Origin: a virus
IMG/VR virus record: IMGVR_UViG_3300037311_000293
Length of the DNA stretch: 64,000 nucleotides
Strand: one strand, 5' to 3'
Shown here: in pieces, positions 27,118-35,559 of the stretch
How positions within the stretch are numbered: the stretch's first letter is position 1
How the letters are laid out: each line of letters starts with the position of its first letter
Program-made: the position numbers and the translations under genes
The notes under the pieces: generated by a model
Database searches by the model: none
Told to the model about the DNA's origin: nothing
Seen by the model: the letters and a program-made list of their open reading frames with translations, nothing else

Positions 27118-28617
27118 TCAGGTTGCCGCAGCAAGGCGGGACAGTACCACCTTTTGCGGATCCGGCATCGACTTGAAGATTCCGACGGGGTCCTTTGCGA
27201 AGCTGCTGGCGAAGCCATCGCCGAACAACTCATCGAGTTTCGCGGTGCGCTCTGAGAGCGACTTGAGCTGCATGCCGCTGACGTAGTCGTTCCCCGCGGA
27301 CCACGAGTAGGTCTCGCACTCGTCGGCCGCATGCTTCGTTCCGTAGACCGCGGCGTATGGGTCGAGGAACCCGACACCCGGCCGGTTGTAGCTACCGGAC
27401 GCACCGGTCTCCACATCGGCTCCCATGATCATGTTGACCATGACCATGGGATCGATCTCCGCCTTCTTCTCGAGCAAGAGCTCGTACACCTCTTCGTGTC
27501 CGGTGCCCATGAAAGCCGTGATACGAGCGTGAAGCTGGGCTTCGACGTTCTCCCCGTACTCGGTGCCGGCGTAGTTCATGACGGCGCCAGAGAGCTTGAC
27601 TCCGAGCTCATCGGCGCGCTGAGCCACGGACACCGCGTATGCGCGGCGTTCTTCGAGCGGGAACGAGTGCAGATGATCGTCGAAGTACGCCGCGGCCTGC
27701 TTGACCTGTGCGGTGGTGTCGATGGGATAGCGCTCGAGGTGGGGAAGTGCGTAGTGAACCGCGCTTGCTTGCTTCTTCTTGACGTGACCATCGAACAGAG
27801 TGAGATCACCGCAGTGAGCCCACTCCGCAGACGCCAGGAGTGCAGAAGTCTTCTGGGGGAGGTCGAGGCTCTTACTGGGCGAAGAGCGGACAGGATGATT
27901 GCGCAGAGTACCCTGCGGCATGATCTCGGTACCCGTGAGGTCTGCCTTCTTCGCCATCACGGGGTCGATCTGGTCCCTCTTCTCGAGCTGCTTGTCCAGC
28001 TTCTTGTGCGTCGAGTCGAGCTTGGAGAACAGATCGAACAACCCGAAAATGTGGCCGGACTCCGGACCATCCCCGCGTTGCATCGCGTTGTCTTGTTCCT
28101 TCGTGAGCTCGACTGTGCGACCAGAGGCCGTCTTGGTTCCTGAAGCCTGCGCGGCGCGGAACTCGTCCATGCGCTCATGGGCCTTCTCGCTTCCGCTTCT
28201 TGCGCGATGCGCCATGTCCATGGCACCGAAGCCGACGGTGAGAGCCTTTCCGATCATCGCCTTCTTGATCAGATCTGTCGGAGGCTGAAGGTCATACCAC
28301 GAACACCCCACCACAAGGTTCGACGCAACCTTTGCCTGGACGTCATCGGGCAGTAGGTGCCCACACTCCAGGAAGTAGAGGATGGAGATCGTGGTGTGCT
28401 CGGGGTCGTGCATCGCGTACTTGCGAAGCACGTTCCCATGGTTCGTGGCCACCAGCCCGAACAGGCGGTCGGGAAGCTCCTCGAGCTCGTCGGTCGTCAA
28501 CAAACGCGACGCCGCCAGCTTGGTCGGTAGCTTCTGCTTGAGGGCAGCCAGCTTGTTGCGGAGGACGAGACCACGAGGGTCGTCGTAGATGTCGAGCACG
28601 ATCCCGGCGATTCGCAT
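27118..28617 (-). CDS. Putative head assembly protein with multiple K-x-A-[A/S] motifs
   Basis: ATG 28617 (leaderless). Contains KLAA, KTAS, KQAS, KQAA and KHAA, plus variant KTSA. Confidence 0.6.
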   Translation of the reverse strand: MRIAGIVLDIYDDPRGLVLRNKLAALKQKLPTKLAASRLLTTDELEELPDRLFGLVATNHGNVLRKYAMHDPEHTTISILYFLECGHLLPDDVQAKVASNLVVGCSWYDLQPPTDLIKKAMIGKALTVGFGAMDMAHRARSGSEKAHERMDEFRAAQASGTKTASGRTVELTKEQDNAMQRGDGPESGHIFGLFDLFSKLDSTHKKLDKQLEKRDQIDPVMAKKADLTGTEIMPQGTLRNHPVRSSPSKSLDLPQKTSALLASAEWAHCGDLTLFDGHVKKKQASAVHYALPHLERYPIDTTAQVKQAAAYFDDHLHSFPLEERRAYAVSVAQRADELGVKLSGAVMNYAGTEYGENVEAQLHARITAFMGTGHEEVYELLLEKKAEIDPMVMVNMIMGADVETGASGSYNRPGVGFLDPYAAVYGTKHAADECETYSWSAGNDYVSGMQLKSLSERTAKLDELFGDGFASSFAKDPVGIFKSMPDPQKVVLSRLAAAT

Positions 28618-28623
28618 GCACGA

Positions 28624-28653
28624 ATCGTACTGCGTGCAAGGGAAGTGGGTCAA
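28624..28653 (-). promoter_or_regulatory. Sigma70/sigmaA-type promoter giving leaderless mRNA for the portal operon
   Basis: On minus: TTGACC (28653-28648), N18, TACGAT (28629-28624), N6, ATG 28617. Geometry identical to the RNAP promoter. Confidence 0.7.
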
Positions 28654-28658
28654 ACCGT

Positions 28659-28672
28659 CCTATCAGTAAGTG
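28659..28672 (+). promoter_or_regulatory. CCTATCAGTAAGTG motif (candidate phage-specific promoter or operator)
   Basis: Exact copy of 18424-18437, followed by a GGAGG RBS and ATG 28681. Confidence 0.65.
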
Positions 28673-28680
28673 GAGGTGCA

Positions 28681-29322
28681 ATGCATCGTCAGACGGGTCC
28701 TCAACAACCAAGCCCGATCCCGGGCAAGAAGAAGAACTGCAACGAATGGGCGGTATTCGAAGCCGCAGGATCTTCACCCACCGCGGCTTTGTGCAACGGC
28801 GGGTGGTACGACGGCAGCTTCTACCACGAATGTCCGGTACGGGCTGAGTGCGTAGTTGCCACCAGGCAGAAGGCCGGCAAGACCCATCTACCCGTTACGC
28901 ACCAGGCGAGGCCGCTCCTCGGGGCCCCGAGATCGTTCACAGTAGCGTCAACCCCAAACCTAGGAGCGCAACCGCCGGTCCAGAAATCGTGGGCCGATCA
29001 GTTCAGAGCGCGACCGCCGGTACCGACGACCGTGCCTCAAGTGCCCATGCGGGCTCCCGAAGGACTACCGACACCAGCAACCGTTCCGGCACCGCTCCCC
29101 TATCCCGTAGCACCGCCGAAGGAATGGCCGGCCGCGATGACGACGCCGTACGCAGGGCCCGTGGCCCCGCCGAGCGTTGGTATCACGCCGACGTTTCTTC
29201 CAGGTGAGGAGGAAGACGTGTTCTCACGTCTCCTCAAGAACATCGCACAAGGCGCTGTCGGCTCAACAGGCTGGCACATCTTCGACTACGCCCGTACCGT
29301 AGACCTGTTCGGGCGGCGCTGA
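28681..29322 (+). CDS. Cys4 (WhiB-reminiscent) plus proline-rich protein
   Basis: C-x17-C-x12-CPVRAEC, then a long Pro-rich region and an amphipathic C-terminus. First gene of the replication block. Confidence 0.55.
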   Translation: MHRQTGPQQPSPIPGKKKNCNEWAVFEAAGSSPTAALCNGGWYDGSFYHECPVRAECVVATRQKAGKTHLPVTHQARPLLGAPRSFTVASTPNLGAQPPVQKSWADQFRARPPVPTTVPQVPMRAPEGLPTPATVPAPLPYPVAPPKEWPAAMTTPYAGPVAPPSVGITPTFLPGEEEDVFSRLLKNIAQGAVGSTGWHIFDYARTVDLFGRR

Positions 29323-29325
29323 TCA

Positions 29326-29355
29326 GATGCGGGCGCACAACGCCCGCATCCTTTG
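29326..29355 (+). terminator. Perfect 10-bp hairpin with weak U tail (attenuator or processing site)
   Basis: GATGCGGGCG-CACAA-CGCCCGCATC followed by CTTTG; the stem ends 7 nt before the helicase ATG. Confidence 0.5.
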
Positions 29356-29357
29356 CT

Positions 29358-30758
29358 ATGCAGTTCATCAAACGCCTACCGGGTGTGGGATACCTCGACA
29401 ACTGGCTCTGGTTGCCGAAGACCCACGTGAGCCAAACGCAGATCGAGTCGGCCTTCACCTTTGAAGGCCCCAAGATCGTAGAGGCATGGCATGCCGAGGA
29501 GCACCATTTCAGGGTGCCCAGGAACTACCTGGCACAAGAGACGCTTGAGAAGATGCCGTTCCAAGTATTCGATCTGCGATCTCGGCGGTTCCCTCGAGTA
29601 CATCTGAAGAGCTCGGTCGTACTCGACTACAAGGAGCCGCACAAGGATTACCAGAGACGGGGCAGTGCTGCACTACTTGAGACGTTCGATGGGATTCTGT
29701 GCTTGCGCTGCGGGGCGGGCAAAACCGTCGTAGGTCTACATTCTGCGGCACAGCTCAACGTTCCTGTGATCATAACAGTCACAGACGAAGGCCTTGCAGA
29801 GCAGTGGGTGGAGGAGATCGTCGCCCATCTTGGGGTGCCTGAGTCCGACATCGGCATGATCGGTGGCAAGAGAGCAAAGGGAAAGATGAACTGGGAGCAC
29901 GCCATCGCGGTGGCCCACGTTCAAACACTCGCCCGGCGACAAGAAGAGGGCCTGCTGCCGCCAGAGATGCTGAACCACTTCGGTCTTCTGATCTGCGACG
30001 AGGCTCACGTCATGGGTGCTCCGTACTTCAACACGGCGATACCGCCTTTCCGCGGCCGGAGGTGGGGGCTCTCCGCCACTCCAGTGCGTGAAGACGGATA
30101 CGATCCTCTTCTTCGCTACACCCTCGGGCCTGTTGTCTACACCTACTTGACGCCTGACCTGATCCCGAAGGTGTACTTCCGCCAACTACCTACCCGACTG
30201 GATCTCGACAACCCGAAGGTTGTAGCTGAAACGCACGACGCCACCGGCCAGTTCCACTACGGCATGACCTACGGATATCTGTCACGCGAACGTAAAGATC
30301 GTACCGAGCGTATCGTGAAGGACATCCAAGACGGCCTAGACAGTGGACGCCAGATCCTCGTACTCACGCACAGCAAAGACATGACCGACGTCCTCGGTTC
30401 GTATTTCCCCGGAGCCGGAGTGGTGAACGGTGAGGTGAAAGGACAGGAGCGCAGACGGCGTATCAGAGAGTGCAACCCAGTCATCGCCATCATGCAGCTC
30501 GGCAAGCAAGCGCTGAACAAGCCGAGTCTCGATACGCTCTACGTCCTCGAGCCCTTCTCCAAGGCCGGCATGCTCCAGCAAACCATGGGCCGCGTGCTCC
30601 GTCTGTTCGCCGGCAAGAAGAACCCACTCGTCATCTTCTTCGAAGACATCGGCATCCGACCGATGTCACGGCTCTGCGGCAAGCTACGGATGAAGCTCAA
30701 TCGATGGCCCGCAGCAAAGGGCGGGCAGATCCCACACACCACGGTAAAACCATCATGA
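29358..30758 (+). CDS. Superfamily 2 DNA helicase (UvsW/XPB-like)
   Basis: Motif I CGAGKT, motif II LICDEAH, motif III GLSATP, motif VI QQTMGRVLR. Confidence 0.88.
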   Translation: MQFIKRLPGVGYLDNWLWLPKTHVSQTQIESAFTFEGPKIVEAWHAEEHHFRVPRNYLAQETLEKMPFQVFDLRSRRFPRVHLKSSVVLDYKEPHKDYQRRGSAALLETFDGILCLRCGAGKTVVGLHSAAQLNVPVIITVTDEGLAEQWVEEIVAHLGVPESDIGMIGGKRAKGKMNWEHAIAVAHVQTLARRQEEGLLPPEMLNHFGLLICDEAHVMGAPYFNTAIPPFRGRRWGLSATPVREDGYDPLLRYTLGPVVYTYLTPDLIPKVYFRQLPTRLDLDNPKVVAETHDATGQFHYGMTYGYLSRERKDRTERIVKDIQDGLDSGRQILVLTHSKDMTDVLGSYFPGAGVVNGEVKGQERRRRIRECNPVIAIMQLGKQALNKPSLDTLYVLEPFSKAGMLQQTMGRVLRLFAGKKNPLVIFFEDIGIRPMSRLCGKLRMKLNRWPAAKGGQIPHTTVKPS

Positions 30759-31183
30759 TCAAGATCGAAACACACCGAACGTTCTATACCCTCGACCAAG
30801 GAGCACCGGCGGAAGAACGCAGGATCTGGGAAGAACAACTCGCTCTGGTGCATTGCGGGACCAAAGAACCGCTCGTCGGCATCCTCGAGTACTCCGAGAC
30901 CGACGAATACGACTGGGCCCTCTACGGTGCCCTGACCTACCTCATCCATGTCGAGTTCGCCGTCGACCCCAACAACAACGCCCTTCGTCTTCACGTACCG
31001 CTTCGAACGCTGATCCCCTTTGGCGTCATGTCCCCGGCAAACATCAAGTTCCCAACACCCCCTACGGCGGTCATGTGGATCAAGGACCAGCCCGAGACCG
31101 TGAAGAAGTGGTTCTGCGACACCTACCTCGCAGTGTTCGATCCCCCGCGCATCATCACATCCGCCGTTCTTCCGCCCCGCTGA
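30755..31183 (+). CDS. Hypothetical protein
   Basis: ATG 30755 overlaps the helicase stop (ATGA); 142 aa. Confidence 0.65.
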   Translation: MIKIETHRTFYTLDQGAPAEERRIWEEQLALVHCGTKEPLVGILEYSETDEYDWALYGALTYLIHVEFAVDPNNNALRLHVPLRTLIPFGVMSPANIKFPTPPTAVMWIKDQPETVKKWFCDTYLAVFDPPRIITSAVLPPR

Positions 31184-31186
31184 ATC

Positions 31187-31867
31187 ATGGACGCCGTACA
31201 ACGACTCCGCGTACTCCGAGACAACTGGCGGGAGTGCAAGAAGTGCGAGCTCTCCAAGTTGCGCGGAGACAACCGCGTCGTGTTCGGCTCCGGTAACGCC
31301 GGGGCCGACATTCTTCTTGTCCTGCCGCCACCGACACAAGCCGATGTTCAGGAGAACATGGGCCTCAGCGACGCGGCCGGTCAGTTGATCGAAGACATGC
31401 TGATGGAGGCGGGCCTCGATCCCGTCAAGGATGTGTTCCGCACAAACGTCGTCGGCTGCCGGCCCTACGTCGTGCTTCCGGCAACTGAAGAACAAGAAGA
31501 GCGCATCCAAGACCGAAAGGTCGTCAAGGCAGAAGTATCCGCCTGTTCCCCTAGGGTCGAAGAGATCATTTACCTCGTCGACCCCAAACTCATCCTCGCC
31601 TTCGGTGAGGAAGCATGGGAAGCCCTCGTCATCCCAAAGGTCCGCGCCCCAGAAACCACGATCACAGCCGCCGCGGGGAAGCTGTACTACACCTACGTTC
31701 CTGGCCGCTTCCGTCCGATCCGGTACCCGGTCATGGCACTCGAGGCTCCGCTGAAACTGGTGGCCAACCCGAGCGCGGCAGCGCACGGGCCGATCGCCAC
31801 GACGCTGAAGTACATCATGCAGGCAAAGAAGTACGTCGATCTGATCAACAAGGACGAAGCAAGATGA
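31187..31867 (+). CDS. Family-4 uracil-DNA glycosylase-like Fe-S protein with degenerate catalytic motifs
   Basis: WRECKKCELS..VVFGSGN, FRTNVVGCRP, ACSP..EEIIYLVDPKLILAFG. The GE(A/G)PG motif is replaced by LPPPT and the HP motif by AP. Confidence 0.75.
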   Translation: MDAVQRLRVLRDNWRECKKCELSKLRGDNRVVFGSGNAGADILLVLPPPTQADVQENMGLSDAAGQLIEDMLMEAGLDPVKDVFRTNVVGCRPYVVLPATEEQEERIQDRKVVKAEVSACSPRVEEIIYLVDPKLILAFGEEAWEALVIPKVRAPETTITAAAGKLYYTYVPGRFRPIRYPVMALEAPLKLVANPSAAAHGPIATTLKYIMQAKKYVDLINKDEAR

Positions 31868-32274
31868 GCAAGCAAGTTCCTGTCGCCGTGACCGCTGCGG
31901 TGTCGAAGTTCGAGACCGCCCGTGAGGCGCTCAACGGATTCCGCACCCAGCATGCGAAGATCCTCGAGACCTTCGAGAACCTCAAGGAGCAGTACAACCA
32001 GTCGCTGAACGAAGTGAAGGCGCTGTACAAGGAACACCACGAGGTCATCGGCGGAAAGCTCGGTGACTTCTCGGCGCGAAGCCGCGTGATGGTCGACGCA
32101 GAGCTCTTGCTGAAGCTCATGGGGCCCACGGTGGATCCGATCATCACCATCAAGTACGGTGTCGAACGGAAGTACTACGACGAGGCCGTCAGCCGAGGGA
32201 TCATCCCGTCGGAGGTCGTTCGCCAAGTCGAGAAGCGAACCGAGCCCTCGATCTACGGACCCAAGGAACAGTGA
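31864..32274 (+). CDS. Hypothetical coiled-coil protein
   Basis: ATGA-coupled; 136 aa. Confidence 0.7.
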   Translation: MSKQVPVAVTAAVSKFETAREALNGFRTQHAKILETFENLKEQYNQSLNEVKALYKEHHEVIGGKLGDFSARSRVMVDAELLLKLMGPTVDPIITIKYGVERKYYDEAVSRGIIPSEVVRQVEKRTEPSIYGPKEQ

Positions 32275-32651
32275 AGCCGAACATCGAGATCAAGATCCTC
32301 GCGGACTTCAAAGACAGAGACGGGGCGCCCTTGCTGGACAGTGAGGGCGCTTCTGTTTCCTACAAAAGGAGCGTTGTGCGTACCAAAGACGAGATCAAGA
32401 TGCTCATTGGAGACGCGAATGCTCGCGTGTCCGTGAGCTTGTCGGAGACGGTGCCCGGACCTTACGGGTACAGCAACCTCAAGGTGTCGGTGACTGTCAC
32501 ACTGAACTGCGATCAGAACCAGAAGACGATCGAACAGGCAGAGAACGCGGCTCTCCAGGAGTGCATCGCATTTCTCGATACCAGCGTCGACACCGGCTAC
32601 GCGTTGTTGACCTCTCACCTGAAGCGCCACCTGGGAGACCCCAATGGCTAA
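32271..32651 (+). CDS. Hypothetical protein
   Basis: GTGA-coupled; 126 aa. Confidence 0.7.
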   Translation: MKPNIEIKILADFKDRDGAPLLDSEGASVSYKRSVVRTKDEIKMLIGDANARVSVSLSETVPGPYGYSNLKVSVTVTLNCDQNQKTIEQAENAALQECIAFLDTSVDTGYALLTSHLKRHLGDPNG

Positions 32652-32973
32652 CTCTGGCTTCAAGGGCCGCGTCCTCCAGTTGAGCAACCTGCTCATCCAA
32701 GGAGGAAGCACCGGCCCTTCGGTGTCCTTCAACGTCTTGTTCATGGATGGCGACGGCGTCGTCCACGCCCAGACCAAACACGTCGTGTCGCTGACGGACG
32801 ATCCACAGATCAAGCAAGCATCCAAGGCTCTGCTCGATGCCTGCCTTGCGCACGCCGAGCGTCTTCACTTCGACGCGCCCAACGACCCCCTGAAGATGGA
32901 AGAGATCCGTCGTGGAATCGCAGAGACCTTTGTTCAAGACGATGCCGATAGCGACCCTGGCGAGCAGGGTTGA
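32644..32973 (+). CDS. Hypothetical protein
   Basis: GGAG RBS; 109 aa in the operon. Confidence 0.65.
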   Translation: MANSGFKGRVLQLSNLLIQGGSTGPSVSFNVLFMDGDGVVHAQTKHVVSLTDDPQIKQASKALLDACLAHAERLHFDAPNDPLKMEEIRRGIAETFVQDDADSDPGEQG

Positions 32974-33949
32974 CGCTTTTGCAGAGAGATGCCTGCCTGA
33001 TCATGTGGTGGATGATGCGAACCCCGTGTCGTTCGCTGACATCGACGCAAAGAACTACTACGACGGCCTCGCGCGAAAGTTTGCCGTAGGGATTCGTTGC
33101 CACGGCAGCGATGCTCCTCATGTGTTCACGAAGTGGAGCCGCTCTCAGCTCCTGGCGCATTTGGGTACACGCGAAAAGTGGTTCGATCACGTCAGCATCG
33201 ACACACAAGCCGACGAGCTCAACACACGTCGGTCATCGCTGAACGGCTTCATGGTGCGAACCATGAAGTCTTTCGACCACGACGATCTACGAATCGTACG
33301 CGGCATCGTCTCCTCTTCGTACGCCGACATCCCAGACACCGACATCATGCGGGCCCTCCGTGAAGTTCTGCCGAACGGAGACGCGCTGTCGTACTCGGGG
33401 AAGACAGACCGTGCCTTTTACGCCTACGTGCTATCCGAGGACATGATCCGAATCCCAGGAACCAGCTTCGAGGGCTACCCCGGAATGCTGGTTCGGAACA
33501 GCGAAGTTGGTTTCACCTCGCTCTGGGTGATCCCTACGCTCACTGTAGTCGGTTGGTCGTATCCGATTATCCTGCAACGCGACCCGCTTCTCCGTAAGGT
33601 ACACCGAGGCAGCTTCGACGAGCTCCGTACGTCGTTCGATGATGCGTTGGGCAAGGCGAGGATCTACTGGAGACCGATGGAGGAGAAGCTGAACAAGTTG
33701 TACTCCATCACCTACGCTACGGAAGACGAAGCGATCAATCAAGTCGTGACGCTTCTGTCGCGTGCTGGTGCGATGAAGGGGATGATTCAGCAGTGCTGCA
33801 CGGCGTATCGTAACGCGCGGCATTCGTTCCACACCGCGTATTGCATCTTTGCCGCGGTGCTCGAGGTGGCATCCTCGCATGCCAACCAAGACGCCTCCTA
33901 CATCGGCGCTACCGTTGCTGGCGCCGTGCTCTACGGACTCATTGGGTAG
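32912..33949 (+). CDS. DUF932-like phage protein
   Basis: RGIVSSSYADIPDTDI and GMLVRNSEVGFTSL resemble DUF932/DUF945 signatures. Start is uncertain. Confidence 0.5.
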   Translation: MESQRPLFKTMPIATLASRVDAFAERCLPDHVVDDANPVSFADIDAKNYYDGLARKFAVGIRCHGSDAPHVFTKWSRSQLLAHLGTREKWFDHVSIDTQADELNTRRSSLNGFMVRTMKSFDHDDLRIVRGIVSSSYADIPDTDIMRALREVLPNGDALSYSGKTDRAFYAYVLSEDMIRIPGTSFEGYPGMLVRNSEVGFTSLWVIPTLTVVGWSYPIILQRDPLLRKVHRGSFDELRTSFDDALGKARIYWRPMEEKLNKLYSITYATEDEAINQVVTLLSRAGAMKGMIQQCCTAYRNARHSFHTAYCIFAAVLEVASSHANQDASYIGATVAGAVLYGLIG

Positions 33950-33960
33950 TGGTGGTCATC

Positions 33961-34025
33961 GGCGGCCCCCACTACCCCTAGTGGTAGCCGCCACGCCCCG
34001 TTGCGCCTACCAGGCGCGTGGGCGT
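33961..34025 (+). other. Tandem GC-rich hairpins upstream of the replicative helicase
   Basis: GGCGGC-cc-CCACTA-cccc-TAGTGG-ta-GCCGCC (33961-33992) and ACGCCC..GCGCCT-acc-AGGCGC..GGGCGT (33993-34025). Confidence 0.5.
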
Positions 34026-34047
34026 ACAACAATCGACCCGAGGTACG

Positions 34048-35559
34048 ATGATCAACGTTGAACTTAGGCTCCTGACGAAGATGCTACACAGCGGGAACTT
34101 CGCCCCGATACAACAAGGGGAGATCACGAAGGAGCACTTCGTAACCGAGCAAGGATCGATCCTTTTCAACTTCATCACCAACTACCGAAGCGATAGCGAC
34201 GGGCGTGCTCGCTTCCCTTCACTATCGATCGTCCGTTCTAGATTCGAGGGTCGATCGGCCATCGAGCTCCCTGACCCCGATCCCGGAGACACTCTTGAGG
34301 CGCTGGTCTACGAGACCAATGTGCAGCGCATAAAAGCGCGCATGTCGACCATCGCAAAGCAGCTCGAGGAGTCAGCGCTGAATGCGTCGAATCCAGCAGA
34401 CGCGCTCTCAGCATCGATCGGCACGCTTCGAACGCTCAACGAGGGTCTTCACCGTGCCAGACACCTCAGTCTGTCACACGCGATCCAAGACATCGTTGCG
34501 GACTACGACATCGGCAACATCCTGCCCCTCGGTATCCCTTGGCGTTGGCCTTCCTATCAAGAGGTCACGCGAGGGATGCACAAGAAAGAGTTCTACGTGA
34601 TCGCGGGGAGGCCGAAGTCTCGAAAGACGTTCGTAACCCTCGCTGCCGTAGTTCACGCCTTCATGATGTTCGGTAGCCGCATACTAGTGTTCTCGCCAGA
34701 GATGCCGGCGAAACAGATCATGCTTCGTTCGATCGCCATGATGGCGCATCTACGCTACATGGAGTTCAAACGAAGCGATCTAGATCAGGCCGAAACCATG
34801 CGCCTCATCGAGGCCGCACGGACCTACGGTCGTCTCGACGTCAACGAGAAAGACGATCAATACTACCAGCGCTTCCGTCAATATCGTTCGGACATGGACC
34901 CCGAGGCCCAGCCTACCTTCGACGTCATCGAAAGCACCGGCAAGTCTATCGGGTGGATGGAAGCACAGATCGAAGCGTTTGCGCCTGACATCGTCATGGC
35001 AGACTCGTTCTACCGCCAGCACTACGACGGCAAGAAGAACGACTCGGATTGGAAGGCGGTGACGTCGACCAGTCGAGGTATCAAGGATCTGGCCATGTCG
35101 ACGAACACGTGCGTCATCGGTACACACCAGATGAACCGCGGTGCCGACAAGGACGTCGGTACGCTGAGCAATCTGTCGCTGGCCGATGCGATTGGTCAGG
35201 ACGCCGACATGATCGTGCGCGTCATCACGGGCGTTCTCGAAGGCGCCCAGGTCTCGGCCTTGGTGAACCTTGGCGGGCGCGAGGTACCGTTCGACGGTGT
35301 GCTGATCAACAACGTTCCGTGTTCGGATTTCAGCGAGATCGCCCCCATCACGAACAAGAAAACTCTGGAAACACTCATGGCAAAGGAAGGGGAAGCCGAC
35401 GCCGAAGAGGAGAAGAGATCGATGAAGAAGAAGGCCCTTCGACGCCACACCGCTGATCACGCATCCTCGAAGGAGCTCCAAGAACGGACGCAGTTTGAGA
35501 GCATCCTCGACGCAGACGTCGAAGACGAACGTGAGCTCATCGAGGGCGAAGAGGAATGA
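34048..35559 (+). CDS. dnaB: DnaB-like replicative helicase
   Basis: Walker A GRPKSRKT, FSPEM, MADSFY, HQMNR and DAIGQDAD. GAGG RBS before ATG 34048. Confidence 0.85.
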   Translation: MINVELRLLTKMLHSGNFAPIQQGEITKEHFVTEQGSILFNFITNYRSDSDGRARFPSLSIVRSRFEGRSAIELPDPDPGDTLEALVYETNVQRIKARMSTIAKQLEESALNASNPADALSASIGTLRTLNEGLHRARHLSLSHAIQDIVADYDIGNILPLGIPWRWPSYQEVTRGMHKKEFYVIAGRPKSRKTFVTLAAVVHAFMMFGSRILVFSPEMPAKQIMLRSIAMMAHLRYMEFKRSDLDQAETMRLIEAARTYGRLDVNEKDDQYYQRFRQYRSDMDPEAQPTFDVIESTGKSIGWMEAQIEAFAPDIVMADSFYRQHYDGKKNDSDWKAVTSTSRGIKDLAMSTNTCVIGTHQMNRGADKDVGTLSNLSLADAIGQDADMIVRVITGVLEGAQVSALVNLGGREVPFDGVLINNVPCSDFSEIAPITNKKTLETLMAKEGEADAEEEKRSMKKKALRRHTADHASSKELQERTQFESILDADVEDERELIEGEEE

